In this document: positions 10,895 to 21,190 of the stretch, in pieces
Layout: each line of letters opens with the position of its first letter
Position numbering within the stretch: position 1 is the first letter of the stretch
Assembly: GCA_965219095.1 (NCBI GenBank)
Contig: CBDCMT010000001.1
Span: forward strand, 768,001-832,000
Reading direction: 5' to 3'
Length of the DNA stretch: 64,000 nucleotides
Origin: Bdellovibrionales bacterium
GTDB lineage: Bacteria; Bdellovibrionota; Bdellovibrionia; Bdellovibrionales; UBA1609
Made by a program: the position numbers and the translations under genes
Notes under the pieces: generated by a model
Told to the model about the DNA's origin: nothing
The model's database searches: none
Seen by the model: the letters and a program-made list of their open reading frames with translations, nothing else

Positions 10895-12415
10895 GCCTCC
10901 TCAAAAGAATCTGTGGGTTCCCGGAGGTTCTGGCAGTTTTCCAAGGTTATGATATAAGGCGATTTTTATAGCTTTAGAGGTTCTAAAGCCGTAAGATTTT
11001 CTCATAGTGAGTTTTACTTTGTTGTTTAAACCCTCTACAATCCCTGAGGAGAAGGCTTTTTTAGCCTTGAAGTAATTAAGAATAAGTAGCTTATGTCTTT
11101 GTATGGTTTTTGCTTTTCTTTTCATAGGTTCAATTTTTGAAAGCATGACTCGTCTCGTCCAACTGTCTATAAATTTACCAGCCCAAGTTGGTGAAACATA
11201 GGTCCATAACTGTCGGAAGTCTTCTTTTAAAAAATAACAGCGGATACTTTTTAAATTGTACTGTATTAAATGCCTTAATTTTACTTTTTCATAAGATTTT
11301 AAATTTTCTGCATTTTTTAACAAGGGCCATCTAGCTTTTGTTAAAAGGGGTTCATACCCGTCTTCTTTCATTTTTTTGTGTTCTGAAGCTCTCACTTCGT
11401 CTAAAGCCTTATTGAGTCTTGCTACGATATGAAACCGATCTAATATGTGTAAAGCTCCACTTGCCCTCTCCTTTATGACTTTTAAATAAGGCTTCCACAT
11501 ATCAGAACACACAAACCGTATATCTTTTGACTTCTCTCCTAGTAAATCAAAGAATTTTCTAAAACTCTTTTCTGTTCTTTTTTCTCCTATCCATAGCAAA
11601 CGAACACTTTCTTTGCTTATTTCATAGACTAAGGTGAGATACTGATGGTTCTTTTTCCATTGTATTTCATCTACACCTATAGCTTGTATTCCCTTTAAAA
11701 CCCTTTGTTTTAAACCATATTCTACGACCCATTCTACCGAAGCATAGACCTGATTCCAACTGACATGAAACTTACAAGAAACCTCTTTCCAAGACAGGTG
11801 ACGACACCAGTCTGCTAAATACTTCATGTAAAAGATCGTTAAACTCTTCTTACCATCGGCCCAAGGTAAATACTCAACTTTTACCCCACAGCAAGGACAA
11901 TTAACTCTTCTTACAAAATAAACAAAAAACACCCTGTAACTTAAAATAGGAAGGGATTCAAAGTCCCGTGATGATTTACTGCTGTCATACACTGAACAGG
12001 GCTTCTTACAAACACTACAAAAAGCTTGGCCATTTTTACGAGCCTTAATAGGAACATTAATTGACTTTCTATCTTTTGAAAAATAAATGTCTCCGTATAC
12101 AAAAGACTTCCATCTTAAACAATCATTTAGTATAGTCTTCAAAAGCATCTCTTCCCTCCTTTTTTTTTTTTTTTGAATAACATTTTAAGGCATCTGGGAA
12201 GTAGGTGCTTCTTTTTTAAAATTTTAATGTAATACAGCAAATAAAAGCAAATAAAATGAATGTTTTTGAGTTCAATCACCGGAGGTGATAGAGGCCAGTA
12301 AGGGCCTCAAAGAACTCAAAAATACAAGATAGAATGTCTTACTCTTACTTTGATTAATATGAGCTCTTTTGGGGGATTTCTACTACTTTTCACCCACAGA
12401 TTCCCGGGAGGAGCC
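10895..12415 (-). mobile_element. ISL3-family IS, copy 2
   Basis: Same ends as copy 1; 8-bp target duplication TCTTTTTT. Confidence 0.95.
10901..12148 (-). CDS. ISL3-family transposase
   Basis: Near-identical to 8525-9772. Confidence 0.95.
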   Translation of the reverse strand: MLLKTILNDCLRWKSFVYGDIYFSKDRKSINVPIKARKNGQAFCSVCKKPCSVYDSSKSSRDFESLPILSYRVFFVYFVRRVNCPCCGVKVEYLPWADGKKSLTIFYMKYLADWCRHLSWKEVSCKFHVSWNQVYASVEWVVEYGLKQRVLKGIQAIGVDEIQWKKNHQYLTLVYEISKESVRLLWIGEKRTEKSFRKFFDLLGEKSKDIRFVCSDMWKPYLKVIKERASGALHILDRFHIVARLNKALDEVRASEHKKMKEDGYEPLLTKARWPLLKNAENLKSYEKVKLRHLIQYNLKSIRCYFLKEDFRQLWTYVSPTWAGKFIDSWTRRVMLSKIEPMKRKAKTIQRHKLLILNYFKAKKAFSSGIVEGLNNKVKLTMRKSYGFRTSKAIKIALYHNLGKLPEPPGTHRFF

Positions 12416-12423
12416 TCTTTTTT

Positions 12424-12532
12424 TAAACGCTTGTTCTCTTCTTCTAAACGCTCACGCTCTTCTTCTAAATGCTTGTAATCTTCTTCTAAATGCTCATGCT
12501 CTTCTTCTAAATGCTTGTAATCTTTTTCTAAA
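12424..12532 (-). repeat. 21-bp tandem repeat encoding coiled-coil heptads in the IS66 transposase N-terminus
   Basis: About five TCTTCTAAAYGCT... units translating as LEKDYKH-LEEEHEH-LEEDYKH-LEEERER-LEEENKR. Confidence 0.75.
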
Positions 12533-12714
12533 CATTTTATTTCTTTTTGTGCTTTCTTAAGCACTATATAGTCCTTTCCGTTTAAGTTTTTAGAATCTAA
12601 AGGAAGAATTATCATATGAAACTATTTTTTAAAACAAATGACGATTTATCAATACTTTTGAATAAAAACTAGACCCTAACTCAAAAAATCTGAAAATCTA
12701 AACGAAAAACATCA

Positions 12715-12788
12715 TATAGTGCTTCCGTTTAGGTTTTCATGTTTTTTCTCTAAAGAATCGACCGGAAAATCTAAGCGTATTCACTATA
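12715..12788. mobile_element. 74-bp TATAGTG-ended MITE
   Basis: Imperfect TIR TATAGTGCTTCCGTTTAGGTTTTC / GAAAATCTAAGCGTATTCACTATA; identical copy at 60576-60649. Confidence 0.8.
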
Positions 12789-12856
12789 TAACATTATAGG
12801 CATAGGAGCTTTTAGTGAAATTTCAACAATTTACTAGAATTTTTCTGAACAGTTAC

Positions 12857-13158
12857 TGCGAAGGAGGAAGACCGCTGTTGCTGGAATTTTTTCGAACCTG
12901 TTTTTCTAAAAACACAACAATCAGAATGTTCACAACCTTAAAGAGAGATTCAACAATCACAGAAATCTCAGTAGGCACAGAACCTTTCTTTGCAAACTTA
13001 TCAAAGTCACTTCTTATATTTTCAATCTCATTTCTGATGGAGGTCTTATTTATTGTCATTTGAAAAAAGTATTTAAAAGAAAATCTGTAAGAGCAAGACT
13101 TTTATCTTAAAACAGGTCTAAAGTTAGGGATAACTGAACAATGTAGGTGAGCAGTTAC
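12857..13158 (-). mobile_element. IS66-family type A, left-end fragment with transposase 5' part
   Basis: Reverse complement of ~33668-33968 (MTINKTSIR...GLPPSQ); terminal GTGAGCAGTTAC. Confidence 0.88.
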
Positions 13159-13193
13159 CTTTTGTTAAGGCTAAAAATACTACATCTGATGAA

Positions 13194-13760
13194 ATGTATG
13201 ACACCTTAACATATGAGGTGAGTCAGGCTATAGCTAAGGAAGAGCTTACTAAATACATTATTGAACACTACAAGGTAGCTTCTATTGCTGTAGAGAATGA
13301 GGCAGGGGAGTATTGTAAGATCCCCTCTGAGGATATAGGAAAGTACACTCCCCATTTTTTAAATCCAAGCTTTTCAAGTAAGTCCTTATTTGACTTGGAA
13401 AAATGCGGAGATCAAGAGTTAACTGAGGCAGAACTCATATCTAAAACAGCAAGTTTACATACAGCTGGTGGAGTCCAAGTTGCAGTTTCAGATCTTGCTG
13501 GAGGTGCTATTATAGGATCAATAGTGGGTTGTACGTTGGGTGTTCTGCGAGGACTTGATGGTTCCTCTGAGAGTAGTGTCGATACGGCAGTGGTGGGAAG
13601 TTCGCTGGCTGGCTTTGGTTCGGTCATAGGATCAGCAATAGCACAGGTTCCAGCAAAATCAGCTTCTTTAACGGTTTTAGCAGCAGTGGCAACAGGAGCA
13701 ATATTTGCAGTGACTTGTAATAAAGTAACTTTAGCGTTTCAAAAAAGAATTAAAAATTAA
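13194..13760 (+). CDS. Hypothetical protein with hydrophobic glycine-zipper C-terminus, probably 5'-truncated by IS66
   Basis: Frame is open back to the IS end at 13158; GxxxG-rich C-half; paralog at 22837-23400. Confidence 0.65.
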   Translation: MYDTLTYEVSQAIAKEELTKYIIEHYKVASIAVENEAGEYCKIPSEDIGKYTPHFLNPSFSSKSLFDLEKCGDQELTEAELISKTASLHTAGGVQVAVSDLAGGAIIGSIVGCTLGVLRGLDGSSESSVDTAVVGSSLAGFGSVIGSAIAQVPAKSASLTVLAAVATGAIFAVTCNKVTLAFQKRIKN

Positions 13761-13782
13761 AAGAACTCTTGTTTTTAAATAG

Positions 13783-13812
13783 GCCTCCGTCCAAGCATAC
13801 GGGGGCTTCTCT
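13783..13812 (+). terminator. Probable intrinsic terminator
   Basis: GCCTCCGT-CCAAGCAT-ACGGGGGC stem-loop followed by TTCTCTGTT; conserved behind the paralog (~22778-22807, minus strand). Confidence 0.55.
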
Positions 13813-14256
13813 GTTATAACTTTAAGTGCAACTAACACTACTTTAGCAAGTTATCCATAACCTTTTTTATAAAGAGATAGAGTCCAAAGACTTTGATGTT
13901 GACATTTAGGGCGGATATGTATCTTTAGGAGTTCAAATAATAATGTGTAATAGACATCTATCAAAAAGAAAAAATTGATGACCAGCCTTCATATGAGTAT
14001 GTCAAGAAAAAAAGTCAAGTGATTAAAAAAATGACCTGAACTGACAAAGCAATAACGCACTATGAAATAATCCTTTTTAGCTTTACCTTTTTAGCTTTAT
14101 TTATAGATACGTATCTCTTCAAGATCTCACATTATTTTATAAGAGAAATTATAGCTACTGTTGTTAAAGTTTCTATCTTCTTTGACTTGTGCGCTTAGAC
14201 CTTTATACAATTTAAGCAATAAAGAAATTTTAAATTCAAAAAAGGGGGAATCACTT

Positions 14257-15411
14257 ATGTACAAGAAAATCAATGTTAAAAACTTTTTATCACTTATTTT
14301 GTTTTTTGCTTTTCTCGTTTTTGCTTGTTCTTCCCAGTTTCAGCCCCGTGATTCCACTTCTAAAATAGATAATTTCTTTCAACCTATTTTTGTAACAAAC
14401 TCTCAGTTAAAAATTACTAACTACAATGTTCTTAATCTTTTTGATGCTCAAGATGATGGAAAAAGACAAGACCCTACTTTTTTAAGAAAAGATCATAAGA
14501 AAAAAAAAGAATGTGAAAAAAAACGCAGTAAATTTTATAAGAGGTTATGTAAGCAGCTTGACTGGACTAAACAAAAGTTTCAGTTCAGAGTCTCCCTTTT
14601 AGCTGAGGCTCTTCGCTTTCAAGGTGATTTACCTGATGTTTTAGGTCTTGAGGAGGTAGAGAATGTTTACGTGTTACAAGTCTTAGCAGAAGAATTGGGG
14701 TACAGTACAAAGAATGTATTGATCACTGAAGGCAGTGATCAACGTGGGATTGATGTAGGCCTTATTTATAAGACAGATAAATTAAAGTTAGTGTCTTATC
14801 GTTTTCTCAGGTCTCCTCATGCAAAAAGGGATGTTTTAGTGGCTCGCTTCAAAGTTTTAGCTAAAAAGGATTTTATTTTAGACATTTATGTGAATCACTG
14901 GCCATCGCAATATAATAGAAATCCTATGGTGAGGTTTCAAATGGGTATGCTTGTAAGAAAAGATCTCCAAGCCCAGCAAACAAAATATGGTTTAGCTTAC
15001 GGAGCTGTTGTGATGGGAGATTTTAATGTGACAGAATGGGAGTCTCCTAATGGGCTTATGCATGCTTTACAAAGCCCCTTTTGGAAAGGGCGTTTAAGGG
15101 ATGTCCAGTATTTGGCTGAACGAAAGGGTTTGAGTGCTAAAATGCCTAAAGGTACCTATTGGTATCGCTCTGATAAAAAATGGGTTCGCTTGGATCGCAT
15201 TTTAGTGACTCAGAACATGGTTAAAGGTGATTTTGAAATAGTTCCTAAGAGCTTTCTCATAGGAAGTAAGAATCTTTTGACTGATTTTGAATTTCAATCT
15301 TTTCTTCTTAAAGGTCTTGTAAAAATTCCTTATAGATATGATTTTCTTGAACAAGATGGCAAGGGCTATTCTGATCATTTACCTATTTCAGTTTCTTTTG
15401 AAATCAAGTAA
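14257..15411 (+). CDS. Endonuclease/exonuclease/phosphatase family lipoprotein
   Basis: YNVLNLFD, LGLEEVEN, NHWPS, MGDFN, LDRI and SDHLPI motifs; ATG after an AAGGGGG RBS; VFAC lipobox. Confidence 0.88.
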   Translation: MYKKINVKNFLSLILFFAFLVFACSSQFQPRDSTSKIDNFFQPIFVTNSQLKITNYNVLNLFDAQDDGKRQDPTFLRKDHKKKKECEKKRSKFYKRLCKQLDWTKQKFQFRVSLLAEALRFQGDLPDVLGLEEVENVYVLQVLAEELGYSTKNVLITEGSDQRGIDVGLIYKTDKLKLVSYRFLRSPHAKRDVLVARFKVLAKKDFILDIYVNHWPSQYNRNPMVRFQMGMLVRKDLQAQQTKYGLAYGAVVMGDFNVTEWESPNGLMHALQSPFWKGRLRDVQYLAERKGLSAKMPKGTYWYRSDKKWVRLDRILVTQNMVKGDFEIVPKSFLIGSKNLLTDFEFQSFLLKGLVKIPYRYDFLEQDGKGYSDHLPISVSFEIK

Positions 15412-15422
15412 AATAAAAAGGT

Positions 15423-16043
15423 ATGAAAGCCTTTCAACTCAACAATCTGTATTGGACCTTTCAAGGAGAAGGGTTTCATACAGGAAAGAGAGCTCTATTT
15501 ATTCGATTTCCTTTCTGTTCCCTGAACTGTTCTTGGTGTGACACCTCTTTTAACACTTATAAAATATGGGATGAAGATCAGTTTAAAAAGTTTTCTCAAA
15601 AAGAATCTTCTCGTTTTGCTGTTCTTACAGGAGGGGAGCCCTCTTTACATAAACATGTAGGTTCTGTGATTGAAGTGTTAAAGGAACTTGGCTTTGAGGA
15701 AATTGCTATGGAATCAAACGCTTGTTATGAAATCCCTAAAGGAGTGACTTTTTTGACTTTATCCCCTAAAAGAGACAGCTCTCAATTACCACAATCATCT
15801 GGAGAGAGCTTTTACATTCATCCTGAAGCCTATAAAAACGCTTGTGAGTTTAAATATATTGTAGATAAACAGTTTGATTTTAACATCCTTTCTAGACATG
15901 ATTTACAAGATGGAAGGAAGTATTATCTTTCTCCTGAGTATAATGAAATGGATCAAAATTTAGAGGCAATTATGGGGTTTATAAAGCACAATCCTTTGTG
16001 GAGAGTGTCTTTACAAACACACAAATGGATGAACATTGATTAA
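15423..16043 (+). CDS. queE: 7-carboxy-7-deazaguanine synthase (radical SAM)
   Basis: TFQGEG, CSLNCSWCDT, LTGGEP, LSPK and WRVSLQTHK motifs. Confidence 0.9.
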   Translation: MKAFQLNNLYWTFQGEGFHTGKRALFIRFPFCSLNCSWCDTSFNTYKIWDEDQFKKFSQKESSRFAVLTGGEPSLHKHVGSVIEVLKELGFEEIAMESNACYEIPKGVTFLTLSPKRDSSQLPQSSGESFYIHPEAYKNACEFKYIVDKQFDFNILSRHDLQDGRKYYLSPEYNEMDQNLEAIMGFIKHNPLWRVSLQTHKWMNID

Positions 16044-17349
16044 ATCAAAATTTATGAAACCACGTTATAAGATTATTATTGGCTCTTTTTTAAACCCTCT
16101 TTCTGACAAAAAATGTGAGTATTATGATAGGGGAGCTTTAATTTTAAAGAAGGAAAAAGGGGGATATAAGATTCATCGATTAGGAGGAGAAAAAATACTT
16201 TTAAAAAGTTATAAAAGTATCTCTGAAGTTGTGGATCTCTCTTGTCATCTAATTGTTCCAGCTTTTTTTGATCTTCATTTTCATTGGGTACAAGATGCTA
16301 TGTGTTTGAAGCCTAAAGATAATTTACTGAATTGGCTCAGCTACTATGTTTGGCCTTATGAAGCTAAATTTAAAAATAAGTTATGGGCTGAAAAGAAAGC
16401 TAAAACTTTTTCTCAGAAACTTTTAAGAGTGGGAACTTTAGGAGGTGCATGTTATGGTTCTCCTCACCCTCATACAGTGGATTTAGCTTTTAAATATTTT
16501 AAAGGCGACTTTGTTTTAGGAAACGCTTTGATGACAACAAATTCACCTAAGAATTTGTGCCAAACTGTTAAAAAAACTTTAAAAGAAGTTAAAAGGCTGG
16601 CCAAAAAATATAAAACACGTTACGCCCTTACACCGAGGTTTGCTTTGTCTGTTGAACCTGAGGTTATGAAAGAAGCTTATGATCTTTCAAGAAAATATGA
16701 ACCTTTTGTTCAAACTCATTTAAGTGAAAACAAAAAAGAGGTTTTAAAAGTTGAAGCACTTTATAAAAAACATTCTTTTTTCAAAAAAGCCCCAAGTTAT
16801 ACAGAGGTTTATGATGCTTGCAGACTTTTGAATTCAAAAAGCATTCTAGCTCATGCTCTTTACTTGAAAGAAAAAGAATGGCTTCTTCTTAAGAAGAGGA
16901 GGGCCAGCATAGTTCATTGTCCTACAAGCAACGCTCCCACAAAAAATAGAGGGCTTGGATCAGGGTTTTTTAATTTTGTTAAAGCTGAAAAGCATTCCAT
17001 CCCTTGGGCCTTAGGTTCTGATATAGGAGCAGGGCCTTTTTTGTCTATGATTGATGTGATGAACTCTTTTGTAGAACAGAATAAAGTGCGTAAAATAAAA
17101 GAGGCTACTTATACAAAAGCTCTTTATAGAAGCACTTTAGCAGGAGCTAGAATTTTAAAACTAGGAACCAGTCATGGAAATTTTATAAAAGGAAAGGAGG
17201 CTCATTTTGTAGCTCTTTTAAAAGGAAAAAAAACCTATAAAGATGGAGAAGAGGCTTTAAGGGATTCTTTAAGACCTTCTGTGAAAAAAAGAGAGCTTTG
17301 TTCTTTTTTAGTGAAAAAAGTTTATTATCAAGGAAAGACAGTTTTTTAA
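16036..17349 (+). CDS. guaD: Guanine deaminase (amidohydrolase)
   Basis: DLHFH, LTPRFALS, QTHLSEN, HCPTSN and LGSDIGAG motifs. Confidence 0.85.
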   Translation: MIKSKFMKPRYKIIIGSFLNPLSDKKCEYYDRGALILKKEKGGYKIHRLGGEKILLKSYKSISEVVDLSCHLIVPAFFDLHFHWVQDAMCLKPKDNLLNWLSYYVWPYEAKFKNKLWAEKKAKTFSQKLLRVGTLGGACYGSPHPHTVDLAFKYFKGDFVLGNALMTTNSPKNLCQTVKKTLKEVKRLAKKYKTRYALTPRFALSVEPEVMKEAYDLSRKYEPFVQTHLSENKKEVLKVEALYKKHSFFKKAPSYTEVYDACRLLNSKSILAHALYLKEKEWLLLKKRRASIVHCPTSNAPTKNRGLGSGFFNFVKAEKHSIPWALGSDIGAGPFLSMIDVMNSFVEQNKVRKIKEATYTKALYRSTLAGARILKLGTSHGNFIKGKEAHFVALLKGKKTYKDGEEALRDSLRPSVKKRELCSFLVKKVYYQGKTVF

Positions 17350-17354
17350 GATGA

Positions 17355-18026
17355 ATGGGGAGGTGTATCTTGAAAGATTCTTGTATGACTTGTTTCATTT
17401 GTTTTTCTAAGATCGGTAAACCTTTCTTTAGCTATGAAGAAAGAATAGAAAAGAAAATGAGGCTTCGTTCATATTATAAGTGTAAAATATGTGATTATAC
17501 TTTTTTAGATCCTTCTCAAAGGCTTTCTGGAAGAGAAGAAAAAATAAGATATTTAAAACATAAAAATAATGTGCAGGATCTTCGTTATTTGCGGTTCCTT
17601 TCCCATCTCTATGAATGTAGCTTCAAGAAGGCCCATAAGAGTATTTTGGATTTTGGCTGTGGGCCTACAGAAGGTATGAAGGCTCTTAATTCTAAAATTG
17701 AAAGTTATGATCCTTTCTTTTTTAACAACCCTGAAAAACTCAAAAAAAAGTATGATTTGATTTTATGTTCTGAAGTGGTTGAACATTTCTATAACCCTTC
17801 TAAGGAATTTCAAAGATTAAAGGGAATGCTTAACAAGGGGGGTGTTTTAGCTCTTCGGACGGGTGTTTTGAGTGAGGAAAGGAAGTTTCAACGTTGGTCT
17901 TATAGGAAGGATATCACTCATGTGGGCTTTTTTCAAACTAAGACTTTTAAATACTTGGCAGACCGATGGTCTTGGACTTTAGAAGAACCTAATCCTTCTG
18001 TCTTTGTCTTTCATGAAGGGTTTTGA
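17355..18026 (+). CDS. Class I SAM-dependent methyltransferase with N-terminal Cys pairs
   Basis: CFIC...CKIC, LDFGCG, SEVVEHF and DITHVGFF motifs. Confidence 0.85.
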   Translation: MGRCILKDSCMTCFICFSKIGKPFFSYEERIEKKMRLRSYYKCKICDYTFLDPSQRLSGREEKIRYLKHKNNVQDLRYLRFLSHLYECSFKKAHKSILDFGCGPTEGMKALNSKIESYDPFFFNNPEKLKKKYDLILCSEVVEHFYNPSKEFQRLKGMLNKGGVLALRTGVLSEERKFQRWSYRKDITHVGFFQTKTFKYLADRWSWTLEEPNPSVFVFHEGF

Positions 18027-18090
18027 AGGTTTTTAAGTCTTTGTTTGTGAAAAGTATTGACAAAAAGCCTTAAAAGAAAGAAAAGAAGGT

Positions 18091-19464
18091 ATGAAAATCT
18101 CCTTGCCAGAATGTCAAACAATCATTGAGCCTTTTAAAATAAAAACCGTAGAGCCTATTTTCCAGCTTTCTGAAGAAGAAAGGAAAAATGAAATTAAAAA
18201 ACACCATTATAACTTGTTTTCTTTGCCGGCAGATAAAGTTTTCTTTGATCTTTTAACTGATAGCGGAACAAGTGCTATGTCGAATACACAGTGGTCAGCT
18301 TTTATGCTGGGTGATGAATCTTATGCAGGAGCAAGAAGCTTTTACAAGTTTAAGAGAACCATTCAAGATCTAACAGGTTTTCAATGTGTAATTCCTACTC
18401 ATCAAGGGCGTTCTGCTGAGTTTTTACTTATGTCGGCTTTAAAACCTAAAGGGAAAAAAATTTTAGGAAACACTCATTTTGATACAACAAGAGCTAATAT
18501 TGAAGTCTCTGGAGGAGAGGCTCTGGATCTTCCTGATTCTGAGGAGAGCATTTTTAAAGGAAATATGAATTTAAAAAAGTTAAGCACTCTCTTAGAGACC
18601 GAGTCTTCAAATGTCAGTGCTGTGATTGTAACTGTGACGAATAATTCTATAGGAGGGCTTCCTGTATCTATGGAAAATATAAAAAAAGTAAAAACTCTTT
18701 GTCAAAAGCATGGAGTGTTTTTTTTCTTGGATATGGCTCGTTTTGCAGAGAATAGTTTCTTTATTAAAAAGTATGAAAAAGCTTATTCTGATCTCAGTGT
18801 TAGAGAAATTGCTAAAAAGATGTTGCACTTAGCTGATGGGGTTTTAATGAGTGCCAAAAAAGATGCTTTTTGTAATATTGGTGGGTTTTTTGCAACCTCT
18901 TATCAAAAGCTTATTGAAGACATGCAAGCCCTTATGGTGGTGACAGAAGGTTTTCCTACTTATGGTGGCTTAGCAGGACGTGATTTAGAAGCTATTTCTA
19001 TAGGGCTAGAGGAGATTTTAGATGAAAGTTATCTTAATTATAGATTGGCCTCAGTTCGTTATTTTGCTGAAGGCTTAAAAAAAGCAGGTTATAAGTTAGT
19101 ACATCCTTTTGGAGGCCATGCTGTATATATTGATGCAGGTCAAACTCTACCTCATATCCCCTCTCTTGAATACCCGGGACAAGCTTTAAGTGTGGCTCTT
19201 TATGAGTACATAGGCATTCGTTCTGTGGAAGTAGGTACGGTAATGTTAGGTTCCTATGATAAAAAAACAGGTAAAGAAATCCCTGCTCCTCAAGAACTTG
19301 TAAGACTTGCTATGCCGAGGAGAGTTTATACTCAAAGTCATGTCGATTATATGATTGAAAAGGCTTCTTATTTGCAGACTTATTTAAAGGAATTAAAAGG
19401 TTATAAGATTACATATCAAGCTAAAGTTTTAAGGCACTTTACAGCCCATTTTCAGCCCCTTTGA
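18091..19464 (+). CDS. tnaA: Tryptophanase (beta-eliminating lyase; tyrosine phenol-lyase not excluded)
   Basis: DLLTDSGT, GDESYAG, PTHQGR, MSAKKD (PLP Lys), EGFPTYGGLAGRD and PRRVYT motifs. Confidence 0.85.
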   Translation: MKISLPECQTIIEPFKIKTVEPIFQLSEEERKNEIKKHHYNLFSLPADKVFFDLLTDSGTSAMSNTQWSAFMLGDESYAGARSFYKFKRTIQDLTGFQCVIPTHQGRSAEFLLMSALKPKGKKILGNTHFDTTRANIEVSGGEALDLPDSEESIFKGNMNLKKLSTLLETESSNVSAVIVTVTNNSIGGLPVSMENIKKVKTLCQKHGVFFFLDMARFAENSFFIKKYEKAYSDLSVREIAKKMLHLADGVLMSAKKDAFCNIGGFFATSYQKLIEDMQALMVVTEGFPTYGGLAGRDLEAISIGLEEILDESYLNYRLASVRYFAEGLKKAGYKLVHPFGGHAVYIDAGQTLPHIPSLEYPGQALSVALYEYIGIRSVEVGTVMLGSYDKKTGKEIPAPQELVRLAMPRRVYTQSHVDYMIEKASYLQTYLKELKGYKITYQAKVLRHFTAHFQPL

Positions 19465-19606
19465 TTGAAGCTCTTTTGACTAAAAATCGTTTTGAGTTCA
19501 AAAAGAGTTAAAAAAGTTTCTCTTAAGAACAAGTTAAATCAAGAATGACTTGTCAGTGAAAAGAGCTTAAGATATTCTTACTCAAAACATTAAAAAAATT
19601 TTAAAT

Positions 19607-21190
19607 ATGAAGATCTCCGTTTTAAAAGAAAATTATCCTGATGAAAAAAGAGTTGCCAGCAGTCCAGAGGTAGTGGGTTTTTTTGTCAAAAAGGGCTGGT
19701 CTGTTTATGTGGAATCCTTGGCCGGACAAAAAGCAGGCTTCCATGATATAGAGTATGAAAAACAAGGAGCTTTTGTAGTTTTAGAGAGAACTGAGCTTTT
19801 TTCAGGAAGACCTTTGGTTTTAAAAGTTCGTCCTCCTGAGAGAGAGGAGGTCAAAGACTTTTTTGAAGGTTCCTCTTTAATAAGCTTTTTTTGGCCTTCT
19901 GAAAATCAGAAAGTTTTAGAAGAGTTAAATGCTAAAAAAGTTACGGTTTGGGCAATGGATCAAGTGCCACGCATTACAAGAGCTCAGAGTGTGGACGCTT
20001 TAAGTTCCATGGCGAATGTGGCCGGCTATAGAGCTGTGGTTGTAGCTCTGGAGAGCTTAGGGTGCTTTTTAGGAGCTCAAAGTACTGCAGCAGGTTCTTT
20101 CCCCCCTTCTCGTGTGCTTGTCATAGGGGCGGGAGTGGCAGGTTTAGCTGCTCTAGGTGCTGCCCGCTCTCTGGGAGCTTTAGTGGAAGCTTTTGATACA
20201 CGTGCTGAGGTGAAAGAACAAATTCAAAGTATGGGGGCTGAGTTTTTAACAGTTAACATAGAAGAAAGTGGTTCTGGTCAAGGAGGTTACGGTAAAAAGA
20301 TGAGTGATGCTTTTTTAGAAGCAGAAATTGAGCTTTTTAAAAAAAGAGCTCCTCATGTAGATATTATCATTAGTACAGCCCTTATTCCTGGGCAAAAAGC
20401 CCCCCTTCTTTTAACAGATGAAGTTTTAGAAAAGCTCAAACCGGGAAGTGTGGTTGTGGATTTAGCTTCTGAAAATGGTGGTAATTGTTCTCAAACTCAA
20501 GCAGGAAAAAGAGTGGTATGGAAAGGGATAAAAATTATAGGTGATGTAGATTTTTCCAGCCAAATGGCAATGCAGGCCAGTCAAATGTACTCTAAAAACA
20601 TTTTGAATTTTGTCAAAGAAATTACAAAAGAAACTGGTAGTCTTGTTGTAAGTGCTAAAAACGAAGTTATTTTGAGAACAACAGTTTGCACTCAAGGTAA
20701 AATTTTATGGCCCCATCCTCCTATGGAAACCTCACAGCCTCAAAAAAAAGATAAAACTTCTTTAACAAAGGAAAAAGAAGAATTACAAAAAGCACAAGAA
20801 AGAAAACAGATGAAAGCAAAAAAAACAAAACAAAGAAATATTTATACAATTTTTTTGACAACTCTTATTCTAACATTTTCTCTTATGGCACTATCTAGAG
20901 TTTTACCTAGTGAGTTTATGTCTCATTTGATGGTTTTTATTTTGTCTTGTTTTGTAGGTTGGCAGGTGATTTGGAATGTGACTGCAGCTCTTCATACACC
21001 TTTAATGAGTGTGACCAACGCCATTAGCGGGATCATCGTGATTGGGGCTTTGGCTCAAATCACAAGTTCTAACCTCTATGTTCTAGCTCTTGTTTTTGTA
21101 GCGATTTTTGTAGCCACCATTAACATTGTGGGTGGTTTTTGGGTGACTAAACGTATGCTTAGTATGTTTAGAAAAGAGGATGAATTATGA
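19607..21190 (+). CDS. pntA: NAD(P) transhydrogenase subunit alpha
   Basis: [28 protein letters not shown] and [14 protein letters not shown] motifs. Confidence 0.96.
   Translation: MKISVLKENYPDEKRVASSPEVVGFFVKKGWSVYVESLAGQKAGFHDIEYEKQGAFVVLERTELFSGRPLVLKVRPPEREEVKDFFEGSSLISFFWPSENQKVLEELNAKKVTVWAMDQVPRITRAQSVDALSSMANVAGYRAVVVALESLGCFLGAQSTAAGSFPPSRVLVIGAGVAGLAALGAARSLGALVEAFDTRAEVKEQIQSMGAEFLTVNIEESGSGQGGYGKKMSDAFLEAEIELFKKRAPHVDIIISTALIPGQKAPLLLTDEVLEKLKPGSVVVDLASENGGNCSQTQAGKRVVWKGIKIIGDVDFSSQMAMQASQMYSKNILNFVKEITKETGSLVVSAKNEVILRTTVCTQGKILWPHPPMETSQPQKKDKTSLTKEKEELQKAQERKQMKAKKTKQRNIYTIFLTTLILTFSLMALSRVLPSEFMSHLMVFILSCFVGWQVIWNVTAALHTPLMSVTNAISGIIVIGALAQITSSNLYVLALVFVAIFVATINIVGGFWVTKRMLSMFRKEDEL

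Larger units (their letters stand above)
8101..12615 (-). pseudogene. IS66 transposase interrupted by two ISL3 insertions
   Basis: Removing both ISL3 joins an N-terminal coiled coil, CSKC/CSCC zinc finger, LHADETGW, LVSDFYAAY, QKCWPHLLR and PTNNYGEREIR. Confidence 0.88.
8073..12856 (-). mobile_element. IS66-family element (single-ORF ISBst12-like, type B) carrying two nested ISL3 and a MITE
   Basis: Ends GTAACTGTTCA (8073) and TGAACAGTTAC (12856). Transposase pieces at 8101-8518, 10039-10894 and 12416-12615. Confidence 0.88.

Noticed and set aside
14257..18026. queE next to a nuclease and methyltransferase as a dpd (7-deazaguanine DNA modification) island
   Set aside because: No dpdA/tgt-like, dpdB-K, queC, queD or folE genes are nearby; ordinary housekeeping is the simpler explanation.
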